Part shown: positions 14,113 to 28,390 of the stretch, one piece after another
Layout of the letters: each line of letters starts with the position of its first letter
Position numbering within the stretch: position 1 is the first letter of the stretch
Assembly (NCBI RefSeq): GCF_006345805.1
Contig: NC_043001.1
Coordinates: 96,286,001 to 96,350,000 of the forward strand
DNA: 64,000 nucleotides
Reading direction: 5' to 3'
Source: Octopus sinensis
Taxonomy: Eukaryota
The notes under the pieces: generated by a model
The model's input: only the letters and a program-made list of their open reading frames with translations
Told to the model about the DNA's origin: nothing
The model's database searches: none
Translations under genes and position numbers: made by a program

Positions 14113-14503
14113 GCCGTCAGACCCGCAGGTGTCGCCACTGACGTCTCTGTTCGAAGGCTTATATTTACCTAGTTTCAGTGGAATACATCCACTTGTTTTC
14201 AATAATAGAAATATCAAAATTACTAAGTCTCTATAAAAGAGATTATGGCAGCGTTTACTGGAAATTAATTGTTATCGCCATATTAATATGGCATTCTTAT
14301 AGATATAAGAATAATCGCTGCCATGGTCAGCTCCATGAGGCCACCGCCATCAAGATAGCTATTGATACACGATCTGTATCCATTATAACCTTCGAACAAG
14401 GGAGGTCAGCCGCTTCACACTGCCAGTCCGACAGCTACAGACTCGTTTCGGGGTATTGCCTTCGAACAGAGACGTCAGTGGCGACACCTGCGGGTCTGAC
14501 TGC

Positions 14504-14545
14504 GCTACATTGACAAGGGGCAATACCCCGAAACGCGTCTGTAGC
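14504..14545 (+). ncRNA. Type I hammerhead ribozyme, U3:A8 core variant
   Basis: GCTACA-TTGACAA-GGGG caata CCCC-GAAAC-GC-GTC-TGTAGC, with a perfect 6-bp stem I and palindromic ACGCGT stem III. Confidence 0.85.
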
Positions 14546-14729
14546 TGTCGGACTGGCAGTGTGAAGCGGCTGACCTCCCTTGTTCGAAGGTTATAATGGA
14601 TACAGATCGTGTATCAATAGCTATCTTGATGGCGGTGGCCTCATGGAGCTGACCATGGCAGCGATTATTCTTATATCTATAAGAATGCCATATTAATATG
14701 GCGATAACAATATATATATATATAGATAG

Positions 14730-14840
14730 ATAAGGAAATAATTTTATTCTCAAATGCAGGATAATGTTATTAATTGTTTATCCTGTTCATGCTATACTAT
14801 TAGTATTATCCTGCGTTTGAGAATGAAATTATTTCCTTAT
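14730..14840. repeat. Imperfect inverted repeat (~36-bp arms) next to (TA)n
   Basis: ATAAGGAAATAATTTTATTCTCAAATGCAGGATAAT ... ATTATCCTGCGTTTGAGAATGAAATTATTTCCTTAT. Confidence 0.8.
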
Positions 14841-15906
14841 TTGTATCTTTCAATACATCTCAAAACTTCTAAAGCAAACTTTGTTGACTTCCAACGTGTG
14901 CTGACGATGCTGCCAGCTCGCCACCTTAATAGTTTAAGTTGTTATTTAAAGTCTAAATATTAAAGCTTAAGTGTTAAAGCTTGGATTTAAGGCTATGGTT
15001 TAAACATAAAATTTAACGCTTAGCAAAGTTTCCTATTATAAAGAAGTATTTTGAAAAATGTTGTAAAGATTGTAAAGGTTATACCAATTTTCAGAATGAG
15101 GTAATGTAAGTATTAGAATGACAGGTTGGGTGAATTTTAAGAATATAAATGTTGTAGAAAATGAGTATAAAAAATATGAAACATAAAATTAAAGATATAA
15201 AATATAAAAATAAAAAATAATAAAGCCATAGGACTGTAGAAAAGTGTAAACATTGTTAGAGACAAAATCGGAGTTTATGACGAATTAGATTAGAACCTAA
15301 GGAGTATAAAAGATCAAAGTGCTTAGCATCAAGGGAAACATTGACATTCATTGGTTTAAACAGCTTTGAAATTAAAAACCAGCATCTCACAAATTACATT
15401 AGTGAAACAGAGTTAAGAAGCCTCGAGTCATAATGTAGGTATAAAATTTAAAAACAAAATTCATAAAAACAGAATTTCAGATAGACTTTAATAGATGGGC
15501 GTTACTAGAGATCGAATAACAATTATTATTTGATGATTGCTATGCTGCGGAAACAGCAAATGAAACAGGGGTGGTTACGAAAAGAGATATGTTAAATACA
15601 ATCCTTTAAAAATGCTATATTCAGGTGATCTTAATGAAAGTTCGATTATTTTTGTGTGGGCAACCTAATTAGTAACTAGTTGCGTTTGTTTATGAGATCA
15701 TCTTTATGTATAAGGAATTTCTAGTGCTTCAGATGAATACATAGATTGTATTCCGCAAAACCACTCACAGAAAGAAAACCTGTTCTTAGCACACTGTTTC
15801 ACCATGGGTACATTTATACAGATCTGGTGTAATTTATGACGCATAATCATTTGGTTCCAAGTGGATTCATACTGAAAAGATTGAAGTCAATATAAAACTT
15901 ACGTAA

Positions 15907-16703
15907 GGCGGCGAGCTGGCAGAAAGGTTAGCGCGCCGGGCGAAATGCTCAGCGGTATTTCGTCTGCCGTTACGTTCTGAGTTCAAATTCCGCCGAGGTC
16001 GACTTTGCCTTTCATCCTTTCGGGGTCGATAAATTAAGTACCAATTACGCACTGGTGTCGATATAATCGACTTAATCCGTTTGTCTGAAATTGTTTGTCC
16101 CCTCTGTGTTTAGCCCCTTGTGGGTAGTAAAGAAATAAGTATTTCGGCTGTCTTTGCGTTCTGAGCTCAAATTCCGCCGAGGTCGACTTTGCTTTTAATC
16201 CTTTCGGGGTCGATAAATTAAGTACCAGTTACGCACTGGGGTCGATATAATCGACTTAATCCGTTTGTCTGTCCTTGTTTGTCCCCTGTATGTTTAGCTC
16301 GTTGTGGGCAATAAAGAAATAAGAAATGTTAGCACGCCGGGCGAAATGCGTAGCCGTATTTCGTCTGCCGTTACGTTCTGAGTTCAAATCCCGCCGAGGT
16401 CGACTTTGCCTTTCATTCTTTCGGTATCGATAAATTAAGTACCAGTTACGCATTGGTTCGATATAATTGACTTAATCCGTTTGTCTGTCCTTGTTTGTCC
16501 CCTCTGTGTGTAGCCCCTTGTGAGTAGTAAAGAAATGGGTATTTCGACTGTCTTTGTGTTCTGAGCTCAAATTCCGCCGAGGTCGACTTTGCCTTTCATC
16601 CTTTCGGAGTCGATAAATTAAGTATCAGTTGCGTACTGGGGGTCGATCTAATCGACTGGACTCCTTCACCAAAATTTCGGGCCTTGTTCCTATTGTAGAA
16701 AAG
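15907..16703 (+). mobile_element. Multimeric array (four cores) of tRNA-derived SINE family B with Meta-domain-like core
   Basis: GGCGGCGAGCTGGCAGAA head, GAGTTCAAATTCC B-box and repeated CCTTTCATCCTTTCGGGGTCGATAAATTAAGTACCAG core. Confidence 0.9.
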
Positions 16704-16749
16704 AATATTAAACTTGTGTGTGTGTGTGTGTGTGTGTGTATTTAGTGAA

Positions 16750-17035
16750 AGAGCGTACCTTAATGGTTAGGATACTCAGTTCACGATAGTAAGATCGCGT
16801 GTTCGATCCTTGGCAATGCATTTTGTTCTTTGAGCCAGACACATTATTTCACGTTGGTGCAGTCCACTCGTCTGGTAAACATGCGTAGTGCCTGTTTTTC
16901 AAAGGGCCAGCCTTGTCATGTTGAACCTCCCTGAGAACTACGCTAAGAGTACGCTTGCCTGCAGAGCACTCATCCACTTGTATGTCAGTTTCACGAGCTG
17001 GCGGGAACCCTCGTCGTAATCGACGGAGTGTCAGT
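16750..17035 (+). mobile_element. Degenerate tRNA-derived SINE (family D)
   Basis: Homologous to 46903-47209 (CAGTCCACTC, GAGCACTCATCCACTTG, CTCGTCGT). Confidence 0.7.
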
Positions 17036-17412
17036 AACACACACACAAACATATATACATATATATAGGCATACATGTCACTCTGACTTCGGGTGTCAAT
17101 TAGTTTTAGTTCATTATATTTCATTATAAATAAAGAAAGAAAATATATCAAATATAGATGTTTTCTTTATTTTTATTGAGCTCTTCACTAAGATGCTTTC
17201 CAGGAAAAATATTTCGTTATATTTTTAAGATCTTTCTAATCTCATTATTATATGGTTCATTTCCTTAAGTACTATACATTTCAACAAAAGTTTTATTCAT
17301 TGCTTTGCCAAATATACATTCTTGTTATTACCGAGTTCTTTATATATGTTACAAAGTAATATTATTCTAAATAAGAACATTTAAATGCTTTTTCTTTATC
17401 AAATAATATATA

Positions 17413-17501
<89 letters not shown>

Positions 17502-17638
17502 ATATATATAGTATTTGTGCATATATGCATAACATTAGAAATATACATATATAATATATGCATATAATGAAACATGTATATGTATACAAATATGTATATG
17601 CAATCTTAACTTATTTAGGATTCTATTACTTCGTTATA

Positions 17639-17707
<69 letters not shown>

Positions 17708-18069
17708 GTATATATGAAATCTTATCTAGAATTATATTACATGTGTGGAATAAGAGTATGCATACGTATTTTTATATATATATATATATATATAGATATA
17801 TATATATATTATATATAATATATATATGGATAGATTATGTGTAATAAACTTATTTAGAATTATATTACTTTGTAATACTTCTCTGAAATTGCTTTTGCTA
17901 AAATAAATTCCCTCACTTTTTCTTTTTTTCTCTATCTATCTCTCCCTCATAACTTGTATCTTACACCTTCCATATCATTTTCTCTTCCTCTCTCTCTCTC
18001 TCTCTCTTCTCTCCTCTCTCTCTCCAGATATTTATTATCGACGACAGGACGTAATTGTAATCTTTTATA

Positions 18070-18154
<85 letters not shown>

Positions 18155-18485
18155 TATAGACATATATATGTATATATAATCACAAAAATCCATAAAGTAA
18201 GATTATGCAACAATAAGTTACATTAATCACCTTGGTTGTTTGACTTTATTACAAAACCGAGAGTTTGTTAGCAATAAAACATGTTTCTAAGGCTATATAC
18301 AGTGCTCTATAGATCGTAATTACATCAGAGTCAGCATATACCCAGTCTAAAGAAAAACACTGCAAATTGTAAAACAAAATATGAGAAACTAATAAGATTA
18401 AGTAAAGAGGGCATCAAAATTTATATAACATTACCTATATACATATAAGTATATGTAATGTGTATGTGTGTAACTATATATATAT

Positions 18486-18540
<55 letters not shown>

Positions 18541-19134
18541 TGCGTATATAGGCAAACACGCATACATACAATTGTATTATAGAGTTGTAAAGCTACATTT
18601 AGTGACCCAAAGAACTAGAATTTCGTGCATGGCACTCATCAAACTGTTACTGTCCGCTTCTCTCTTTCTTTGTATATTTATGTATGTAAAGTTAGACAAA
18701 TTTATACTTAACATAAATACATACACCACCCTACACACAGACGTGAGAGTGTGTGTGTTTGACTTTGTGGTGTGTGTGTGTGTGTGTGTGGGCAATACAT
18801 AGTAGAAACTGCCAGACAAGTATGGTATGTTCTATATTTAATGAAAGATATTCTAATATTTCTGTCAGGGAAGCGACTTCAATGCCAAGGGTTGAAGAAT
18901 ATTGGGTTGCATCTTCACTCTAATATTCAATATTTGCCTCTGATGAAGGGAAGATATTTTACTGTTTGGTTTGTAGCATAAAGTATTGTCGATTTTAAGA
19001 GATATTTTCTGAAATAATGCAAATAATTTGAAGATATCGGAAAGTATGCTTTATGTATTATGTAAACTGATATAAGCATCCAGAAATATTCAGGTTTGAA
19101 TCTTGAGAATCTCAAGGCTCAAAACACACATAAA

Positions 19135-19535
19135 TAGAAGCGGCTGAAATAGGGTTCTTCCGAAGGATTTCCGGAGTAACGCCACTCGACAAGGTGCGTA
19201 GATCGGAGATCGGAGATCAAGGAATCTCTCCAAGTCAAGTCGCTATTTCGCATCGAGCGGTTACACATTCGGTATTTCGGAGATGTAAGTAAAATGTCAT
19301 GGGAAAGAAAGTATCGCAAGGTGGATTCTTCAAGCTGAGCCAACCGCCAGGAGACTTTGGGATAGACCAAGAACGAGTTGGTTGGATAGAATCCATAGTC
19401 TCAATCGGTCGCGTCTGGGAATCCTGTCAGAAATTCTAATGACAGTTTCCTTTGATAGAACTCTTTGGAGCGGGCACCTGATGACTCTACTCCTAAGACC
19501 CTCTAAGGAATAGTAGGCGGAGAAGATGGATGGAG
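19135..19535 (+). mobile_element. RTE-clade LINE 3' fragment
   Basis: Translates to AAEIGFFRRISGVTPLDKVRRSEI...LFRIERLHIRYFGDV, with a (GATG) tail. Confidence 0.75.
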
Positions 19536-19654
19536 ATCGCTTGTGACAATATTTTAGTACTAAAGTTTGAAAACTGGTAATATATTTCCCAGAATTATTA
19601 GATTATATATAATCTATAAGAGGAATTGATTTGCAATATCCATAAGATATAAAC

Positions 19655-19823
19655 AGGCGCAGGAGTGGCTGTGTGGTAAGTAGCTTGCTTACCAGCCACA
19701 TGGTTCCGGGTTCATTCCCACTGCATGGCACCTTGGGCAACTGTCTTCTACTATAGCCTCAAGCTGGCTAAAGCCTTGTGAGTGGATTTGATAGACGGAA
19801 ACTGAAAGAAACCCGTCGTATAT

Positions 19824-19912
<89 letters not shown>

Positions 19913-20140
19913 TATATATATATGTATGTATGTATGGGTATATGTTTGCCCCCCGAACATCGCTTGACAACCGATGGTGGTGTGTTTACGTCCCCGTAAC
20001 ATAGCGGTTCGGCAAAAGAGACCGATAGAATAAGTACTAGGCTTCCAAAGAATAAGTGCTGGGGTCGATTTGCTCGACTAAAAGTGGTGCTCCAGCATGG
20101 CCTCACTCAAATGACTGAAACAAGTAAAAAGAGAAAAAAG
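19655..20140 (+). mobile_element. Full-length CORE-like tRNA SINE (family A) with internal (TA)n
   Basis: tRNA-like head, ACCTTGGGCAA core, central microsatellite and LINE-like 3' tail. Confidence 0.9.
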
Positions 20141-20494
20141 AGAAAGCCAAACCACAAAATCGTTAATGTTCTTCAAAAAGATACGTGGGGCATACATTAA
20201 GATCGATTACATAATTCTCTGTCAAGTACTAATATCTATTGACTGTTTCTGGTCATGTAACTATGTTAAAGACAATTATTACAAGAACTATTGTTGGTGT
20301 GATGATGAATTCATACAGTGAAGATCTAAATAGTCTGCGGCACTGAATAATGTTTCTTCAGCTTTGTGAGAGAATCTCATCATTACGATCCATCGAGGAT
20401 AACAGGAAAAAAGATGGTAATGATGAAGAAGTTACCGTTAAAATGATCCAGGAACTCCAGTCGATCGTAGCCCACCCAGAAAAGTTGTCATGCG

Positions 20495-20725
20495 CGGCGA
20501 GCTGGCAGAAACGTTAGCACGCCGGGCGAAATGCATAGCCGTTTTTCGTCTGCCGTTAGATTCTGAGTTCAAATTCCGCCGAAGTCCACTTTGCCTTTCA
20601 TCCTTCCGGGATTCGATAAATTAAGTACCAGTTACACACTGGGGTCGATGTAATCGACTTAATCCGTTTGTCTGTCTTTGTTTGTCTCCTCTATGTTTAA
20701 CCCCTTGTTTGCAATAAAGAAATAT
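20495..20725 (+). mobile_element. SINE family B monomer
   Basis: Same head, core and tail as the array at 15907. Confidence 0.9.
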
Positions 20726-21329
20726 ATATTAGAAAGCATAGTTACTACCAAGGTTGGAGACCTGACGGATTCGTTATAGTGTCAGCTAGCTGGCTTTCTG
20801 TATTTCCTCCAATTCTTTAGGTTGTGAGTTCAAATTTCACCGAGGTAAACTTTGTCTTTCACCCGCGAAGAAAATAATCGAAATCTATATCATTTTAAAA
20901 ATACTTGAGATTAATTTTTGATGTATTTCAAGAAAAATTTCTTTCTATAAAAAATATACGCTGGATAACCAGAAAACAAATAAAAACAAACATTACAAAG
21001 AAAAAAATGTGTTCTTTCCATAAAAAAAGTGTCGATGTATTTTTATGTTTTTCTAGGAATATATGAATTTATATGAATATTCGCCGACGAATATGTCGTT
21101 CGAGGTATTTAAAGCTGGCATGTATATTTTCGATCTGTTTGTCATTCTACGAATATGACTTTCGATCAATTTGTTTTCAGCCAATATTCTAACTGCCCAC
21201 GCATTTTCGGTGAATGCAGTTTCAATCAACAAGTCGTATGACTTTCTTAATATATTTTAGTAATAATGACTTTATGGTCACGTGACAAATTTAATTATTT
21301 GAGTGAGCAGATATATCCATCATTATGTA

Positions 21330-21730
21330 TTGATTTCAAATTTAGGCACAAGGTCAGCAATTTCGGGGGAAAGGTAAGTTGATTACATCGACCCCAGTGC
21401 TCAACTGGTACATTTTTTTTTATCAACCCTGTAAGGAAGAAATGCAAAGTTGACCTCGGCGAAATTTGAACTTAGAACGTGAAGACGAACGAAATACCTA
21501 TTTCTTTACTACCCACAAGGGGCTAAACATAGACAGGACAAACAAGGACAGACAAACGGATTAAGTCGATTACATCGACCCCAGTGCTAACTGGTACTTA
21601 TTTAATCGACCCCGAAAGGATGAAAGGCAAAGTCGACCTAGGCGGAATTTGAACTCAGAACGTAACGGCAGACGAAATACGGCTACGCATTTCGCCCGGC
21701 GTGCTAACGTCTCTGCCAGCTCATCACCTA
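21330..21730 (-). mobile_element. SINE family B dimer
   Basis: Two reverse-strand cores joined at GAAATACCT|ATTTCTTT. Confidence 0.85.
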
Positions 21731-22172
21731 TATAGTAGAAGCTGATATTATACCCAAGTCTTGTTCACTGATGTTTTATATTGAGCCACGTTTTAATATT
21801 TCTGTATGATACACCAATTTTGCAGCAACATTTCACAGGCTTCCAGAAGAATATTGGGTTATATTTTTACTAAAGTTTTCATTCGCTCATGAAAAGAAGC
21901 TGTTTGTTATTTTAATTTCTATCATAGAGAATATTGTGATTTTAACTAGTTTTCAGTATCTTAATGCACTGAGTCTGAGGTGTATTGTACTTATAATTGG
22001 CTTCTATACTTATGTTTCAATCTATTTTTTCTCTAAATGTATGTCTTTTGTAAATTTATAAGAGCATATATATTTTGTAATAACATTTTCCAATATCTTG
22101 CATTCAATCTATTACGTAAAATTATATGTAGATAGAAATGTATTTTAATATATCTTGGGCATATTATTTTTC

Positions 22173-22173
22173 A

Positions 22174-22261
<88 letters not shown>

Positions 22262-22292
22262 AATCTATCTACCTACCTATCTACCTACCTAC

Positions 22293-22386
<94 letters not shown>

Positions 22387-22420
22387 GCCTGCCTGTCTGT
22401 CTGTCTGTCTGTCTATCTGT
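22173..22420. repeat. (ATCT)n/(GTCT)n microsatellite
   Basis: Seen directly. Other (ATCT)n tracts are at 43092-43225 and 62287-62432. Confidence 0.95.
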
Positions 22421-24171
22421 CCAACCTAGACAAAATTTGATATCAATAAGAGAAAAACAATGTCAATTTCTTTCTTATGCACTTATGTGCTTCCTCTTTG
22501 TAGCGCACACAAATATGCACAAGCAAACACACACATGCGCACGAACGGCGCACACACATATATACACACACAAACACACACTCACAAGCACAGCAATCAC
22601 AAACACTCGTTTATGTATCCTCCATAATATTTTGAATTCATTCTGTAAGAAAGGAACTAAGATACAAAACTCCAGAAATAACGTCACATTTTCAACTTGA
22701 CAAAAACCGTACATATTTTTACTTTCCAGTTACAAAGAGTATTTATAATGTGCGTGACAGCTGGTTAATTCTTTTTTCTGAAAACCACAGCTCTTCCAGA
22801 TTGTCCATTAGGCGTTTACAAACGTAGACACGTGCACCAATTATTCTCAGTATAAATGTGGATTTATAATTTGGGTATAGAAGCTGAAGGATTCGCAAAT
22901 AAATATCCGTTTTTATCCTCTTTCTGTTTGATTTTCGAGGAGATATTCCCTTCACCTGGGCACCCGATCTTTGTGACAGTTCATACTTTCTCTTGTCTGT
23001 CGTCAAAACTTATATCCGGTCTGTTATGTTTGCACTCAGTAGAAGTTTTGATGGGAATTTTCTGTCTACTTGTTTGTCTGTATGTATGCCATTGTTCAGT
23101 TTTATTTCAAGAGTTCTTGCCAATAGAGAAAGAGCCGGTTTCTAACCTAGATCCAAGTCTCCTTCATGGGAATTTCAGCCTCAACAACAGGGTATGTATG
23201 TATGTATGTACGTATGTATGTATGTATGTATGATTGTACGTATGTACGTGTGTATGCATGTATATACGTATGTATGTACGTAGTGTGTATATATGTATGT
23301 ATGTATATGTGCAGATTTGTATGTTTTGCTTTATGTATGTATTCTCATGCAAATACTTACATATCTAGACATGCTCATATATATTTAAATGATTAACTTT
23401 TGGAAAGTTTTACAGATTTTTACAGTTCCAGTGATGGATTGGATCTGTAGTTTCGAATTAGCATTTCTCGATTACATCGACCCCAGTGCTCAACTGGTAT
23501 TTATTTTATCGACTCCGAAACGATAAAAGCTGAAGTCGACCTCGGCGGAACTTGAACCCGGAACGTAAAGACAGACTAAATACCTTTAGGAGAAAACGCA
23601 AAATATTTCAGTCCCTATATATGAGATCTTCTGCTGTGATATCAATATATGTATGATATCTTCGACTGTGATATCATTCCGCATAGATTTAGTGTCAGCA
23701 GTTATGTACAATGTAATGGCTTTCAAGAAGACCAAGAGAATCACATTGTAAGGAAATATATTTTGGACTAAATGACGTCGTTTATGTGTTAATTAATATG
23801 TAAATTTATTTCTCATTGCTTATTCAAAGATACAAAATTTTCATTCGTACATTGATACATTCACTATGCACGCATACATACGTACACACAATAACGCACA
23901 CACAGACGTACACAATAGCGCACACACAGATGTACACAACGACGCACAGAAACACACACACATACACACATATGCACATGCACGCATCTACACAGAATTT
24001 ACTTTCTCAATTCCACAATCGTTCACACATACGCATACATATTACTCTGCGTTTGTATGCCTGTGCGTCAATATGTATATGAGCTTGTGTATGTGTATGT
24101 TAATGGGCATGCGTGTGCATGTGTTCAAAACTTGAAAATGTTGTTTTGGGTTAGTAGTTGTCTATGGTTAG

Positions 24172-24204
<33 letters not shown>

Positions 24205-24313
24205 CACACATGCACACATTCGCATCCATAATGTGTGTGTAAACTATATATATATATAAATATATATATATATGTGTGTGTGTATATATATATATGCATG
24301 CATATGTCTATAC

Positions 24314-24353
<40 letters not shown>

Positions 24354-24526
24354 ATATATATATATATATGTATGTATGTATGTATCTATCTATCTATATA
24401 TATATACAAACATACACATACATATATGAACATATGTGTATTTGTGTGGAAGTGCGGTAGATATGTATTCATAGATATATATATGTGTGAGAGTATGTAT
24501 ATGCGCGTATGTGTGTGTGTATTTGA

Positions 24527-24557
<31 letters not shown>

Positions 24558-25299
24558 CGTTTGTGTAGACATATATATGTATATACATACACACATATAC
24601 CTGCCATTATTCGTAGGCGTTTGTATGAATATGTGTAAATTATCTCAATATGTTTGTGTTTGTCTGTGAGCGTGCGTGTGTATGTGCTCCCGCACATACG
24701 TATGTTCCTGTGGTTGCGTATGTAGGGGTTTTTGAATATGGAGGAACTGGTTTATTTGTCACTGTCTGGAGAACATAAGAAGCATCCAACAGCTCACTGA
24801 TCACAGCTATCAATAATTTTTAATGTATTTTACGCTAAATTTCCCTTCATACTCAAACACATACACACATACACACATAGACGCACACACACAAACTGAC
24901 AAAAAATATACACATGCACGCATATTTAAACATCCACTAATTAACCGTTCTTTGAAAACTTAGCATTAAATTTTTCTTCATTATCATTTGAGTGACAGAA
25001 CAAAGAAAACAAACAAACAAACAAAAGAGTCTCTGTTGAAATCTGTCATCAAAATTGTTGACCAATGAGATTTTGAGATGTCCTACATTATTTTCGTTTT
25101 ATACTATTACTTTCGCATGAGGTGCTTATATTCGAGGCTGTAGGGTACTGGTCAGCGGCTAGTGAGAGCCACTGGTGTCGTGGTTTCTAATTATCTCCCT
25201 TGATTTACTTACCTTCGCTTCTCCTAATTTGAAACCATTTTCAGCTTACTGGGATATATATTGAAACTGACTCCAAATGACTCCAAAATGGCGGTTGGA

Positions 25300-26185
25300 A
25301 GCCACCAAAAGACCCAGTGCTTGTGATCTGGTGGCTTGTGTGTCTAACTGAATTCGTGCTATTCCAGCAGAGCGCGAGCTTTTGATTGGGTCTCCCATAC
25401 TGGACAGGTCAAGCAGCAGATGTCAGACTATTATGGATAAAGCTCCCCCAGAGGTAAAATGGTTTTGCGTTGGGATAACACCCCTATTTATAAAAAATAA
25501 AGTTACAGAAGCATCGATGGTAATTCAAACCCAACAAAACCCAGTAGAGGATGTCCTTCGGTCCGGAATCGAGAACATTGGAGAAAAGTTGTCGATGGCG
25601 TCTGCTCCGTAGGGAACGAAGAGCTCAAGTAAGTAAGCACTTAACGAGCATACCTATTATCAAAGACGTTCCAGCTTTGACCAACCCGTATTTTTCTGAC
25701 ATATTGTATTCATTAAATATTTCTTGCTTTTAAGACTCTAGGGCACAGGTTACAGAAGCGTCACTGACACCTCAAAACCAACAAGACTGGAGAGAGCTTC
25801 CGGAGACGGAGATAGGGAAGAAAAGTTGTCGACGGCTTCTGCTCCGTTGGGAGAGAAGGACTTAAACAAATAAGGATGCACTGAATAAGCATGCCAATTA
25901 TCAAAGGCGTTCCAGCCTTGATCAGCACATCTCTTTCTAAGATATTGTATTCGTTGAGTCTTCCTTGTTTTCAAGACACTAGGGCACTTTTACATGAGCA
26001 TCACTGACACCTCAAAACCAACAAGACCTGAGAGAGTTCCCGGAATCGAGAACAGTGAAGAAAAGTTGTAGATGGCTTATGCTTCATTGGGGAAGAAGGA
26101 TATAAAAGAGAAGGACTTAAACAAATAAGGAAGCACTGAATAAGCATACCAAAGGCGTTCCAGCCTTGATCAACACATCTTTTTC
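25300..26185 (+). repeat. Three diverged tandem ~240-bp units preceded by an RTE 5'-UTR-like segment
   Basis: Units start near 25502, 25749 and 25990 and share GAAAAGTTGTCGATGGC, CGTTCCAGCCTTGATCA and CTAGGGCAC motifs. The RTE link is inferred. Confidence 0.75.
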
Positions 26186-26339
26186 TTCGAATGGTGGTTC
26201 GAAGTTATTTTCATATTATTTCACATGCTTTCAGATTATCCACTCAACAATCTTTTTTATTTATATGCATTTTATATCTGTTCACTTTTTAAGTGGACCG
26301 TGAACTTGAAGACCCATTAGAGCGTCGGCATTACTGATT

Positions 26340-27060
26340 CGTGGAATTTCTTCCAGGTTCAAATCACACAGTAGCCAACTTTACTTTTTATCCTTTCGGG
26401 ATCGATAAAATAAAATACCAGTGAAGTACTGAGGTCGAAGGTATAGAACTAAGGCTCTCTATCACAATTGGCGATCTTGTTCCTAAGATCAGAATACATT
26501 TAGAGGGCAGGGCCATGAGCTGATTGAATTGTTAGCGCGTTAGAACAAAATCCTTGCGCATTTGTTCCTGGTTTCAAATCACGCTGAGGTTAACTTTGTC
26601 ACTCGACCTTCAGGTTTTGATGAAATAAAAGTACAAGTCAATACCGGTGTACCACCCAAAGTTGTGCGAAATTTTGAGAGAACTATTAAAAGTGGCGTGG
26701 AAATAGAATTGTTAGGGCAGCGGAAAAAATACATAGGGAAACCTCTTTATGATCTGAGGTCAACTTTACCGTTGATCCACTCGGTGTCGATGAAATACGT
26801 ACCTATTGAGTAACTGAAATCGAATAACCCTTTCCCAATAAAACTTCTAGCCTTGTGCTAAAATTATTTTTAAAGGTAGCGTGCTGGCTGAATCATTAGA
26901 GCGCCGGAAAAAATGCCTTGCAGCATTTCTTCCGATATTTTTTATTCTGATCAATCTTGCTGAGATCAACTTAGTCTCTCATCCTTTCGAGATCGATAAA
27001 ACCCGTAACATCTGAACACTGGGGTCAATATAATCGACTTCTTCCTTAAAACTACTGGCA
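26340..27060 (+). mobile_element. Cluster of old, degenerate SINE family B copies
   Basis: Four decayed TCCTTTCGGG.TCGATAAA-type cores. Confidence 0.7.
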
Positions 27061-27087
27061 TTTATCTAAATTATTATTGTTATAACA

Positions 27088-27152
<65 letters not shown>

Positions 27153-28058
27153 CATTATTATTATTATTTTTTTATTATTATTATATTTGTAAATAAAAGA
27201 ATTTGATTCGGTGCTCGAAAAATTGTTATCAAATTTTGTTCTGAACAAAGTAATTTTGGTTTTTGTTGTACCATTTTGTTATGAAGCCAAGTAGCATCCT
27301 TTGAGGCTAGACAGTTTTGGGAAATTTTCACCCCTTCGGGGCAAATTTTGTGGGTTTATGTAGCTAAGTTACATCTTTCAAAAATGAAAAAAAAAAAAAG
27401 AAAAAAATAGAAGCAATATGGCTTCTCAAATCGATAGCTGTTCCAAGAGCCAGTAAAAATCATTTCCCATAACTGTCTGCTACTTACACTACAGTTGAAA
27501 GAGAATGCACGAGTAACAATGGCAAAGATATCAACAACAAAACAACAACGAAAACAACCCAAAACAACTCAAATGAAAAGAAATGTAAAAGCACCACTAT
27601 CACCACACCTAACGCCGCCACAACAACAACAACAATAACAACATAGGTGACAAGAATGACAAAGAGACATTGAAACAAACGTGATCGCCATTATCTTCAC
27701 CACCTGCACGAAGAAGGAATGCAAATACGCATCTCACCATAAATTTAGTTTCATTTATCTACATTTCCAATAGGAATCTTGAATTTATTTACAAATTCAA
27801 GGGGATTAAACCAAAGCAATTGATAACAGTCGGGAGCAGAAAGTCGAGAATCCATATATGTGGTAACTCAAGCGATCTTAGAGATTTCAACCCACTGAAA
27901 AACAAAGGAGTAAGATGACTTCTTTTATCACCAGAACAGTAACATCTACAACAAAAGCAGTTGCAGTATCTACAATTGCAACAGTACCAAAAGCAGCAAC
28001 AGTATCATCAAAGGAGCAACAGAAATACACGTTACAACAACAACATCAGCAACAGTGG

Positions 28059-28390
28059 AGGCACAATAACCCAGTGTTAGGGCAGCGGACTCGCGGTCGT
28101 AAGAACGCTGTTTCGATTCCTAGACCGGGTATTGTGAATGTTTATTGAGCTCCACGATGCTCCGGTAGGTTGTGGTGGTGATGAACCCCGCTGTACTGTT
28201 TCACCACAACTTTCTCTCATTCTTTCTTCCTACTTTTGCCATGGTGTGGTAAACTTCAGACCCTAGTCTAGATTGCGAATCCTCTGTACCCCAGGATGGT
28301 TCAGCTCTCCACCCGTTAAAAGCCACCGTTTACGGAATGAGGATAACCGATTATTCTTTGTGGCTAATGGCGTGAGTCCTGATTAGAAGA
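28059..28390 (+). mobile_element. SINE family C copy with different 3' end
   Basis: 5' ~170 bp matches the element at 5874. Confidence 0.75.

Larger units (their letters stand above)
13839..14711. mobile_element. HHR-bearing 363-bp unit: tandem minus-strand copies plus an inverted partial copy, flanked by (TA)n
   Basis: Units start at 13841 and 14204 (period 363). The second copy breaks at 14460 and joins the inverted copy at 14458-14711 through GCC microhomology. Confidence 0.85.

Noticed and set aside
15907-16703. Regularly recurring conserved motif suggesting a CRISPR array
   Set aside because: The intervening sequences are homologous SINE bodies, the context is eukaryotic and there are no cas genes.
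18273-18330. Minus-strand CTGATGT...GAAACATGTT in a (TA)n-flanked block
   Set aside because: A9 is mutated and stems I and II do not pair; at most a fossil HHR.
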